Part shown: positions 29,343 to 45,546 of the stretch, in pieces | Layout: each line of letters begins with the position of its first letter | How positions within the stretch are numbered: the first letter of the stretch is position 1 | From: Balanoglossus misakiensis | Lineage: Eukaryota; Animalia; Hemichordata | Direction: 5' to 3' | NCBI GenBank assembly: GCA_040954595.2 | Contig: CM082581.2 | Span: 4,518,699 to 4,582,698, forward strand | Length of the DNA: 64,000 nt | Notes under the pieces: model-generated | Told to the model about the DNA's origin: nothing | What the model saw: the letters and a program-made list of their open reading frames with translations, nothing else | Database searches by the model: none | Position numbers and translations under genes: made by a program

Positions 29343-29837
29343 GTAGCCATCGTTGATAATATTATCGAAGCTATTAAAAAGAGTCGTGTCACTATTCTCA
29401 TCTTATCGCCTGCGTTTGCGCAGAGTGTCTGGTGTACCTATGAAGTTGCGCATGCCTACTACGAAGTTGTCAACTTGGAACACAAGATCATCCCCATTAT
29501 GTTTGAAGACATTACAAACTGTGACGTCGAAATCAAACCTGGTCTGCGCATGGTTCTGGAGACCATCTCGTACCTGCCTTGGCCGAAACACGGGACTGAA
29601 CGGGACAAAGAAGTGTTCTGGAAGAAGTTGAGAAAAGCGATGCCGCCAAAATTGGTCCGGGAAAGGCAGGAAGGCGACCACGATCATCCCGAATGTGAAC
29701 GTAGACGCGTATGCTTCAACGCGAAGGAGGTTGTCTCCAAATACCTACTGCGTATGTTCAAATACAACAGGCGCGATGACGATGGTTATCAACGCGTTTG
29801 TGCGGACTTCATTGAAGTAAATGCCGTGAATAAATAA
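20558..29837 (+). CDS. Single-pass TIR-domain receptor: SP - cadherin-like - unassigned beta-rich/Ig-like - EGF - Ig - EGF - HYR - TM - TIR (810 aa, 15 coding exons)
   Basis: join(20558-20609,22328-22386,22615-22686,22942-23040,23437-23550,24087-24204,24614-24744,25470-25662,26230-26358,26679-26859,27267-27385,27840-27971,28242-28640,28952-29095,29347-29837). All introns are GT-AG and phases match, giving 2433 nt open to TAA. Starts MSIVTAAVFTLLFFDHLARA (signal peptide). Cadherin motifs VQENVPIG, FEI, LDY, YELLL, IEDIVGWPP. EGF CPVGKYGPLC..CRNGATC..GACKCMPGWRGVAC. Ig LRC...DSGIYLC. HYR DTEAPVF..CPSNI..VSW..PQATDNSG..YTASD..GN...C.F.V. TM followed by RRRRR. TIR WDAFVS, RDFIPG, WCTYE, FWKKL. 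Exons 6-8 are the least certain. Confidence 0.85.
21192..21378. mobile_element. MITE family B, diverged copy in opposite orientation
   Basis: Reverse complement of 25039-25220 (shared GGTCACCTCCAAT, GTGTTCTAAAGAACA, TTTTCGCGTGTGCCACCCACTGAAAATCTGT, CCATGGTAACTGT). Confidence 0.8.
21879..21964. repeat. Diverged dispersed repeat shared (inverted) with 54642-54725
   Basis: Blocks GTCGTAAAACC, TTTACGG.AAC.GCTA and AGGCCGTGGT are colinear in both copies. Confidence 0.55.
22328..23550 (+). CDS. Exons 2-5 of the TIR receptor: single cadherin-like repeat
   Basis: Spliced translation FDVIVQE|NVPIGYEVYSFRPGSSVKIYDGNQ|ENRFEIKEETLSVLHYLDYGVTSHYELLLNLTE|GEEKEDTTMTIIIEDIVGWPP follows the cadherin repeat pattern (xEN.PxG, I..GN, F.I, LDY, Y.L.L, I.I.D...PP). 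Confidence 0.75.
22733..22771. repeat. (TTG)n microsatellite
   Basis: Read directly from the sequence. Confidence 0.95.
25039..25220. mobile_element. MITE family B with perfect 16-bp TIRs and TTAA duplication (Kolobok/T2-like)
   Basis: TTAA-AGGTATACGGTCACCT ... AGGTGACCGTATACCT-TTAA. Confidence 0.85.
25720..26004. mobile_element. MITE with an 18-bp perfect inverted core
   Basis: ATGTGCTGTTCCGATTAC (25734-25751) / GTAATCGGAACAGCACAT (25972-25989), with AT-rich outer arms and an internal repeat TACCCTAATTTT. Confidence 0.65.
28242..28640 (+). CDS. Exon 13 of the TIR receptor: HYR domain, transmembrane helix and basic stop-transfer
   Basis: Lies within ORF 28229..28786. Acceptor acacag|AC, donor G|gtaaga. 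HYR consensus followed by VPLVAIVTVSVTVSVATASAVAVW-CHRRRRR. Confidence 0.9.
28952..29837 (+). CDS. Exons 14-15 of the TIR receptor: TIR domain and C-terminal tail
   Basis: 28952-29095 encodes VDKKWDAFVSVKGDTDDEDFVYKELFPYLEKRCNYKLNLHLRDFIPGE. 29347-29837 encodes AIVDNIIEAIKKSRVTILILSPAFAQSVWCTYE...YLPWP...FWKKLRKAMP. TIR boxes 1, 2 and 3 are all present. Confidence 0.93.
29197..29342. repeat. (TCA)n plus (ATCT)n microsatellites abutting the last acceptor of the TIR gene
   Basis: Read directly; the repeat runs up to ...ctatctgtag|CC. Confidence 0.95.
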
Positions 29838-30220
29838 ATAAACGAAACGACAGTTTTGGGTAGTGTTGCCATCATACGTCATAGCCACTCGCCACGTGAT
29901 ATGGAATACCAATACAATCGTTTGGGTGTGTTCAGTTTGCGGTTATAGGTCTCATATGACACTGATACAACAGCATCGTCGGTCCATTTTTCATGCAATT
30001 GTAGAAAACAGAGAATATATAACATACAACATATCCTAGCCATGATTACAAAGCTTTCAAACATGACCCTATTGCAATATGAATTTCCATCCGGTCATTA
30101 CTTTTTTGCAATACATGTTTCTATATATGGATGCCCGTTAGGGACATTTCGTAAAGCAAATATAAAATAAAAGCGCTATTGAACACTATTGCAGTGGAGT
30201 TTGGCGCTCTATAAGTCTTT

Positions 30221-30251
30221 TGATTGATTGATTGATTGGTTGATTGGTTGG

Positions 30252-30322
<71 letters not shown>
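30221..30322. repeat. (GATT)n microsatellite
   Basis: Read directly from the sequence. Confidence 0.95.
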
Positions 30323-30833
30323 CATAAACGGTTTCTTGTATCAAATAAAATTAATGGAAAAGGGAAGCACGAGAGAGAGACTTGTCCCTTTAACTGTACT
30401 ATTAGTTCAATTCGTCCGTGTACATAAAGCTAAGAGTGTTGACTCGTACAAAGACATATGCTTCCACTGAAGAATAGAAATTGTCCTTGAGATAGCTCCA
30501 CTTTCAAGAACGTCGCGTTGAACTCCCTGAGTGGATAAATAGGGACCTATTTATTAAGGTGACCAGCCCTTCACCCTTGGTACAGTTGGGTTGACAGTAG
30601 AATCTCACCAAGAATGCTGGATGTGTGTCAATTGAAGACAGAAAGACACTCTTTGGGTGGTTTGCACTAAAAGCATATCCAAGATTATTTAACGTGGCGA
30701 CAGTCCGTGGGCAGAGTCTAGCGCAGCGCCCCCATTCGGCAAGGAACCAAGGAACTTTGCGGGTGTCCTAAAGGGTCCTTTCCAGCAAAGAAAGAAAATC
30801 ACCAGCAAGATAAGGAAGCATAACACGTCCAAC

Positions 30834-30945
30834 CCGGAAGTGAACAAGAATCATAGCCACCTGCTTGGTTCATGTGATTGATAATAAAGCTACGCGTTGT
30901 GGTTTTTGGGAGAAGATCAACTTAACCGTTGATCAGGGAAAACCC
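30834..30945 (+). promoter_or_regulatory. Putative C19orf12 promoter / first exon with an ETS site (CCGGAAGTG 30834-30842) and a kB-like site (GGGAAAACCC 30936-30945)
   Basis: Motif matches lie just upstream of the non-coding exon donor at 30959. Confidence 0.4.
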
Positions 30946-31429
30946 TTAATGTGCATAAGGTAAGAGTGAAGATTGGGAGAGCGTAATTTACTGGAAAATT
31001 TCACGAACGCACCACTGTCGCTTGGATCCGGAGTTGCTTGGGTCCCAAGCGCCTGTGGAAAGAAATGTCGAGAAAAGTATAAATCACAATCAAAATTAAT
31101 TGCGAGCAATTTTACATGGTTGCAGATTCCTCAAAGGTTATGATCATACACTGTCTCCTGAATGGATGAATCTGTCCACTGTTAGATGAGATGAGAAATA
31201 GTTCATACAAGCAGTCATATTATATTAAATGTATAGCAATGACGTTACTGGGTGAATTAAAGTGTATCTGCTCAACCACGGTCAATCCACACAATGCATA
31301 CAATGTTCGCTAACAATTCTCAATGCAAAACATCAGAAAAAATAAAGTAAGACTTTTATTTTCGAGGCACACTTTACCTTTATAACATGATTATGTATTT
31401 ATTATCAGGTTTAAAATCAAGAGTGGAAA

Positions 31430-32534
31430 ATGGTTGAATTTTTATTCTATTATGATCATTTGATGGAACTAATGGCAACAAATGAGGAACTGAAGAAATC
31501 CGCCCGAGGTATCATGAAACAAACGCTGTGGTCAGCAGGTGGAACTATGGCAGGTGGAGTGGTTGGTGGACCAATAGGGGCTTTGGCAGGTGGTCTTTTA
31601 GGTAATTGTATCCATATTGCTGTGATTAAAACCGTTTTAGGTCCCATTTGGTTATGTATATTATATACCATGGGACCTTGTGGAATCGGTTGCGTCTGTA
31701 TGGATGGATGGATGGATGGGTGGTAGGTAGGTCCGTCCACATCAAAAACTTGTTTGAACTTTATTACTGATGTACCAAAGATTTCGATTCAGTGGCACAA
31801 TACAGGAAAATAAAAACAAAGTCTCTTACTGTCAACTGTAACATTAGAATATAAACATTTGATTGCAGTGCCACTGATAATTAAACTATTCGAAACATTA
31901 AATTAAGCCTGTGCTTGTTTTATTGAATTTGCAACAAAAACAAATTAAATGTCTTTACATGTAGGTGTGCATCTTTTGAAGTTGATTTGTATCAATTATT
32001 TCTAATTTTTACACATAACGAGAACACACCTGTGTAAATCATTAAATGACCCCCCTCTGCTTCCATACAATGTAAACACAGATTGCTACTATTCTGATTA
32101 CTATAGTGGTTCAATTCTGATATCAAATGTGTATGTTCTAATGTTACAGTTGACAGGAAAAAATGTTCTTATTTCCCTGTCTTGTGCAGCTCGGTCAAAA
32201 TCTGTAGTATATCCCTGTGCCCTTGAATCCTTCTATTCAGCTGCTACGATGAAGTATAAAAAGATCCCCCGCATCGCTTATAAACAAATGTTATTTTTAC
32301 TGTTTTTGTTTTTCACCAGGAGCTGCTGTGGGCTACGCGACTTCTGATGACTACCAATCTCTCTTGACTGCTCTACAAAATCTGACGGACGAGGAGAAGG
32401 CGGAGTTGGTTGATCGTGTCCAGCGACTTGTTGGAAGCGAGCTGCTCCGTGAACTGACCAGGTGGATTGGCATTTCGTCCAACCACCGCTTGTTACTCGA
32501 TTTAGTGCAGTCATTTTTAGCGAATAAAACGTAA
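31430..32534 (+). CDS. C19orf12: C19orf12 / Nazo-family glycine-zipper membrane protein (128 aa)
   Basis: join(31430-31601,32320-32534) with a phase-1 GT-AG intron. Translation includes ...AGGTMAGGVVGGPIGALAGGLLGAAVGYATSDDYQSLLTALQNLTDEEKAELVDRVQ..., matching the C19orf12 GGxxGGPxG..GG..G...G zipper followed by a helical domain. Probable non-coding exon ends at 30959 (ag|gtaaga), with acceptor at 31408/31409. Confidence 0.85.
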
Positions 32535-34001
32535 GGACGAGGATATTCGTAGTAACACTGCTGATGTGCTGTGGGACCAGAAAGTTTGGGGAATGAAAAA
32601 TGGAAACAGTCAAGTAGTTACCTTTCACGTACCGACCCGAAATATTTCGACAAAAGGGACAAAGTGTCTTTCTCGCTGTCCTTTTTCCGTTAATTATTGG
32701 TGGCAAATCAGTTGCAGAGCTAATGTGCAGCCAATGCAATTGATGACAACCAGCAGTGCAGTCACAGGGACCTAACCCGTGATTTCCCTGCATTGAAGCT
32801 GGGTTTTACTCCGAGGATCAATTCTGACAGTAGCTTACAGAGTGTTCATAAATACATTATGGAATCTGACTCATGCACCAGATACCACGGTATTAGTGGT
32901 CCAAAGTGATCCTTCTATTAGTGAACATTGATCTCACAGACTAGGTATAAATTTCATTGCATTGTGTTGGATTGATTTTGGTGGTATTGCATCAGTCCAA
33001 AATGATACGTTTTATCTGCACACCAGATATTAGTTGCAGCTACATACAGTACTTTTATATCTACATGTACTCAATTTGTCTTACCCTATGCCATTTTCCA
33101 TTCTCATGTTGAACTGAAGTCTTTCAAAATTCAGCCGTTTTGCATTTATTTATAAAAAGATGTTTTACTAGAATGTACATTACTGTGATATTTATTTTAA
33201 ATTTTATCAGTAATGTTTTTTAGGCTGATTGCTATTCTAAGAAGAAAACCTCAGTTACTACTCCGATTTGACACTGTGTTAAAATGATGTCCAATCCCTG
33301 CAAACCAAACAGATATCTCTTTATATGGCTATAAGGCAAATGTCATTCAAGGAAAGTCTGGAAAAAATGATACATTAAAACATTAAACATTAGTGTAAAC
33401 TGTTATCAGTATCATCAGTACTTGGACCACTTAATTTAAACAAGGCAATAATGTCATTACAAATAATGCATCTCATTCTCTAGATCTTGCATGGTTTTGC
33501 AAATGTATTTTATTGCTATGCTGATATCTCATGTAAATAACGGTGTTGTAATTTTTTGATAACAAATAAATCCAGTTTTCAGAAACTGCCTGTCCAATTG
33601 TGATGAACATTGTTTTCAGGAATGTGCTCTATCTGTTATCTGTTATGATACAGTCATGTATCACAGTAATGGAATAATGATCTCTGATCAACATATTCAA
33701 CGATAAAGTTTCAATGAGGGGAGGGGTGTAGCAAAAACCTTTGCTATCTGATATTGAACTATGACATACGTCACCCCTTATCAGATTCTACAGCGTACTA
33801 AGCAATTTTTATCTAGGTCAGTGACTGTTTATCCACAGGTACCTGTGTGTTTATCTATAAAAGGAAAACTGTCAATTTTTCGAGAAGTACCAAAGCACGC
33901 AGACTGCATCAGTATAAACATACCTGAGCAATTGCAAAATTTGTGTTCCCGTCAGCCCCCCCCCCCCCCATAAATTGCACCCCTTTGTTTCCCCTAACCG
34001 T

Positions 34002-34211
34002 TTAGGGGAGAACCATTTGATGTCTGGGGGCAGTGACGGGATTTGGGCATGTGAGCAATTTTTTTTCAGCCACTGTTACATGATTTTTTTTATTGCCAGT
34101 CCGACTTTTCCCTCAAAGTATTGCAGAAAAAAACATTCTTTTCCTCCACACCATGTCATCTTCACAATTTCCTTCATCCACCCCTTCAGAACTCAAATGG
34201 TTTTCCCCTTA
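34002..34211. mobile_element. PIF/Harbinger (Tourist)-like MITE upstream of GOT1
   Basis: TTA-GGGGAGAACCATTTGA ... TCAAATGGTTTTCCCC-TTA: 3-bp TTA duplication and G-rich TIRs. Confidence 0.7.
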
Positions 34212-34414
34212 GTATTTTTTATCTAGGTCAGTGACCGGGTTTCGCCATAAAAGGAAAACGGCCAATCCTTTTCAATACCTCGCGTTTTGCTGGAAAAATG
34301 TAGAGGACTACCCAGAGGCATTTTAAATAAAAGTAAATAGTCAATCAAGCAGTAAAATCATGGAGCTACTTATTAATTAAATTAATTACACGGTGTTTCT
34401 CAGTTGATATCGAC

Positions 34415-34425
34415 GCGCCTGCGCA
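34415..34425. promoter_or_regulatory. NRF1-type site GCGCCTGCGCA in the GOT1 promoter
   Basis: Consensus match ~100 bp upstream of the GOT1 ATG. Confidence 0.45.
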
Positions 34426-34436
34426 GAAGAGCATAA

Positions 34437-40295
<5,859 letters not shown>

Positions 40296-42006
40296 AAGTC
40301 GTAAGATCATGACAGGTTGAAGCCACACTTTACCAACGGTGTTATGCAGGGTGGTTGACCCTCACTTAACTTGATCCGTCGTAATCAGCTCTTGGTTGTC
40401 ATGTAATTTTGCTAGTGATATATATTAAGAATTTTTTGTACCCGGACTAGGTTTGGTTGTCACATTATAGTAGGATGTGTGGAAATTTGGCACAATGCAC
40501 TAAGAAGATGGTATTCTTACTGTAATTATGCGCTTGGCTGTTTTTCGATGGCATTGCCGTGGCTGGGTAGTTCTATACAGATCTTTCTAGAATATTTTAT
40601 GTAGTTGTTTGGAACAATTTAAGGAAATTGTCTGAAACACCTCTGTCATCGTCAAAGTGAAGGTGTGCACTCTGCGGCACAAAATCTTGAAGTAATAATT
40701 AAAATCCTGCATGTCGTGTGAAGATTTGCGACAGAAAAGATCATATGTTTTGCTGGATTTTGTATCGCTCTGCTTGAGAAATATGTATTGTGTGCCTGTG
40801 TAAAAATTCACCAACTGCTTATTGAAATTTAGAAACGGCTAGGTGAGATTTGAAAACTGCTTGTTGAAATTTGAAAACTGCTTGATTGGTTTCTAGTGGT
40901 GTAAGAAGTCATTGAAAACTAACCCACTGTACACTGAAATACTAGGTGCTTACCACCCTCATAACTACATGTAGTTTTCATCTGTGTCACTGTTGCCCCT
41001 GAAACCTTGAACTTTAACTTGTACACGTATCTTTTTTTAAGCTCTACTTATTTTAGTTTGGTTTTTAATCACAAAACATTTCATGATTTTATATGTATGT
41101 TTTTTGCGTGTGTGCACACGGGTTACCTTTAACTTGAATTGAAACTGAAAATATCTAAAGGGAATATTGAATGGCCACCCAATTTAAGAAATAAATCTAA
41201 TTAGACTATTGAACAAAGAAATACGAGTTTTAGGACTCGCAACAGTTGTGGGAAGTGTCATGGTTCACAACTCAGCCAATGAAATTGTTTTGCAGTCAAA
41301 TTTGGCAGAGAAGACACTGTACCATAACATGCATGTTTATCATCCATCAATGTCTTGATACAATCCAACATGGCTGCCAAGCAGGAATAGTTACCGTTTG
41401 TTTGGTGCCATTACTCAGACTTGCCTCAAATAATTTTGTTCAGACTGAGCACAATTAACCTCAGTGGGGGTCATTTTGATGTGGTGGATTGCAACTAAAA
41501 TCAGCCACATCCAGATTTACTGGTATGATATATATGCAAGTTAGTTTGTATGATATGTTTCCATGGGACTTCCCAGACAGCAATTAAAAATTGTCTTAGA
41601 CTTTTCTCAACTGTTTCGAAAATGTTTTAATTAACAATACCAAACCTGCGGCAGTTATCAGTACCAGAGGTATCATCATGTACATATATTGTTTAAAAAT
41701 GTGCATTTTACTTTTTTGGTACCATTTGCTTCAGATATAGCTATAAACCAACATCACAACATTTTATCCAATAAGTACTCAGTTACAAGTGATGCTGTCT
41801 CAGAACAATAATGCTGCTTGCAAGGTGTAGATGTTATCATGAAGTGTAAATACATGTAACTCAGCCGTACATCACCACTACCATCTCAACACATGTAAAT
41901 CAGAGTAAAAGATCACAGTGAAAAAAAAAGCAGCTTAGTAACATGACAAGAGTCAATTTCATGATTGAACATTTGTTACATAATCTATCATTTCACAAAA
42001 GTAAAG

Positions 42007-42024
42007 GACGCCCTCTAGTGGCAG
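42007..42024 (-). promoter_or_regulatory. CTCF consensus site between the convergent GOT1 and LDB coding regions
   Basis: Reverse complement reads CTGCCACTAGAGGGCGTC, a close match to the CCASYAGRKGGCR core. Confidence 0.5.
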
Positions 42025-45000
42025 CATGTGCTGTACTGTGTTTGGTATATCGGTAATGGTCATCACAATTTCTCTTGCTAATCCTTGTTTTGTGGCAAAG
42101 AAATACGTAATCGGTATGTGTTTTCATTGTAGACTTTTCTGTTGTATAAAGATGTGGAATGTTGCTTTTTCATTGGTAATACTTAGAGTTTATGTGATTG
42201 TTTCTGAACTAATAATAAAATTGTGCATGTCACAAGCAAGAGACTCGCTGGTGAGTTTTGTGATTGTAAGTGTATATGGGGAAAGCTAGGCATCAGTGCA
42301 ATGTCAGTGTTTTTCTTAAGGGCGGTACCCAGGTAAATGTTACCAGGGTTCCCCTTGCTATATCAATGCAGACATGTCAGTATTGGATAGCAGAAGCGTT
42401 ACTGGGGTTTCCAAGTCATTTACCAGTGTTTCCAAGCCTGAGCATAAACACAATGTCAATGTACACAATCATGTGTCTACAGCATGAAGGGGGTCGAAGG
42501 AGCTAACAGGATCACGTTGTGCCTGTTACTGGTTCTGTGAAAATCTGGTATTGCTTATAAGTGCCTTCGTGCAGTGTGTTTGTGTCTGTCCGTCTGTAAA
42601 ATAATAAAAGTCTGTGTGGGTTCCATTCCTTGCAAAATAAAACACAGAACAATTTATTTGTTGTGAAACGCTTGACCGTTGTTCTTTTTCAGTCTTTCTT
42701 TTTATTTGTGGAGATTTCAAACATGCCCTCTAAAACATACAGGAAATGAGTTTTAATGATCACACTAAGAAAAGCAAGAAACCAAGTATGATACACGACA
42801 AGACTAATTGGATTACAGAACACCCATTTTTTGTTAATTTATTCAAAATACTCCAGAAAGTCATATTATCAAAGTGACAGTGTCACGGACATTCCGAGAG
42901 AGAAGTTATTCAAACTTTTGTATAGCAAGTATACACAGGTCAGAATTGTTCAACAAATTGGAAATAACTTTCGCTTCACTTTCACTATAGAGGGCATTCA
43001 GAGAACAGAATTTGAAAAATATGTACAAAAATACAAGTCTGGTGGTATATGATAATTGGAGACCATTTTGAATCAAAGAGACTGGTACAGATGACAGGAA
43101 GCAGAATCAAAGCAAAGAAATTATTAATAAACATTCACAACTGATTTAATGGCTAATTGACCAATCATGAAGCTTCTCACACTGACACTGAAATCATCTG
43201 GAAAGAGACTAAATCAGATTGGCTGATCGTCCAACCAATCAAATTACAGTTGATAAAAATTTGATTTTCAAAGCCAAGATATATACCATTATGTAGTTGC
43301 TGTTTCATTGAATAAAAAAATTGTGACAACTAGCCATCTGCATATATCACGCCGGAGTTTAAATCTTGGAAAAATTCAGGGCTTAAAATATATCTCATTT
43401 CCATGGAAACACATAAAGTACTAAGCTACACATCTTTCTCTCATTTTTCACTAAATAATGTACTTTTGAATATTACATACAGTTGAAGCTGAAAAGTCAG
43501 CTTTTTTAAAATAGACGATAATTTGTTCATTCATCTCCCAAGATCCCCAAAAATCTGAGATCTGCCCCATTTTTTTTATATGTATAGAGGTTGTCAAGTA
43601 TTGAAATGACTAATAGTTTCCACCAGTGCTGTCATTGATATTTGCACATACAACCAAAACTGACAAGAAAATCGTTCAAAGAGGGAATGCCATCAAACCA
43701 ATCGAATCGTCTACATCTAGTTACTCCTACCATGAACCATACATCTGGATTATTTATCAATATCATGAGCATTAGGTTGGTTTTCAGAGTGAAATCAAGC
43801 CTGCTATGAGTTGCACAGTAAGTTGTTCATGATTTGTAATCCAAACATTATCATACAAACTTTAGCAGCAAACACTTGTCTTGCAGTTACTTTTATTATT
43901 AAAACATAACAGCTGTGGTGATACTGATGCTTGGTTTATATAAACCCAGTGGTGGTCGACATACTGGAAGGTGTTTTGAATTTCCATGTCTCAATTCTCT
44001 TTGAATGCTTTGTAAATTGATTAAACATACAACTGGATTAAGCCTTATATAGACTGATGATTAATACAGCATATTGCAATTTTTACAATAGTGACAACAA
44101 AACTGAAAGAAGGTTCAAATACATGTGCGTGCTATTTAAATGAATTGTACGAAATCTAGTTTGTATTATCTGGAACAGACAAAATAATCATTTACTATAA
44201 ATTGAATTGCATCTGGAGTATCTGAAAATTGTGGCTTCAAATGAGATTTCTAGTCTTGGAAAAAAATATACCCCGCACTGCTTGATAGAATTTACAGTGA
44301 CATATTTAAAATCCAAAAACGCTGAAAATCTCTGACACAGAGACAATTGACACAAAAGCCCAATTATGAGCAGATACAATTACTCAGTGACTGTTGCACA
44401 AAATATATAGCTCAATTTCCAATTTCAAATCAAAAGCTTTTAGCAGCAGACCCACCAAATCGACCGCACAACGAAAAAATAAACACATAATTCCTGTTGC
44501 TTGCCTTTGAGTTCGTACACACGAAAAATGGCTACAAAATGAAAGAAATGACACATATGCACACATTTCAGCAACCAACCACAAAAGTTGATATGTCAGA
44601 ATGTTCTAGTTTCTTTTACAGTCAGGCTTTTTTCTGCACAAAATGTAGTTTGCTCATTGTTGTATGTAACCTTCCCACGATTCTACAAATCTCATTGACA
44701 TTTTCCTCATCACAAACATAGGCAAATAACAAAAAGAACAAATTTCCCATAAACAATGAGCCCCCCTTTCTACAAGTAGTTGTGGAGTTCCCTTGAAAAG
44801 CTACAAGATATACTCTGGGTCTGAGATTTCATAAATTGCATGTTTTACATGTGCAACCGAGTTGAGAATGAAATTTGTGATTGAATTGCATTTTGAAAGT
44901 GTGTAACACGGCCCTATCACACATTGAAACAGACCACATATAGTTTTGTGTTGCAAGATATTCCATGGGAGTATTTTGTACACACAGCAGTGGTTGGTTT

Positions 45001-45546
45001 TAAAACTCTCAACTGCTGATAAAAATCTCTCTCAACTGACCTTTCGTCTCAAGCTGATGAGTGATCCTGTCTCTCTTTGAGTGCGGTGGCCCAATTCGCC
45101 AACAAAATCAACTGGATCACACCAAGATGTCAGAGAAATCAGGACTGAGTAACTTACTATCGGATCAATGGGCTTGTACTGAGCTGAGTTTTTAACAAAT
45201 GGCTTTGCAATCAACTGGACTCAATGAAAACAACTGAGGTTTTTTTGTCGTATTATCAAACGGCAAGACACTAGTTACCGCACTGTGCTGCACCAACCGA
45301 AAAAATAAAATTCATTCAGGGCAAATATCTGATGTGGGTCGATCTTGGTCAGTGAATTCAAATTCCTTATAATCTCATCCTACTATACATTTTGTAAAAG
45401 TGGGGACCATTTTCCACACAAGCTTACTGCACACTCCGATCAGGTTCCTGAGTTAGGACATTCTAGAAACGTTTTAAAATGAGCCCGGCGATGTATTTGA
45501 CAATGTTTACAAGTCGTTGTTGTTGTTATTGTTTGTTTTTGTTTTT

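Noticed and set aside
29171-29356. Poly-Ser/IYLS ORF (likewise poly-Cys ORF 22618-22800 and Gly/Glu ORF 28788-29018)
   Set aside because: These are translations of intronic microsatellites; only 22615-22686 is a real exon.
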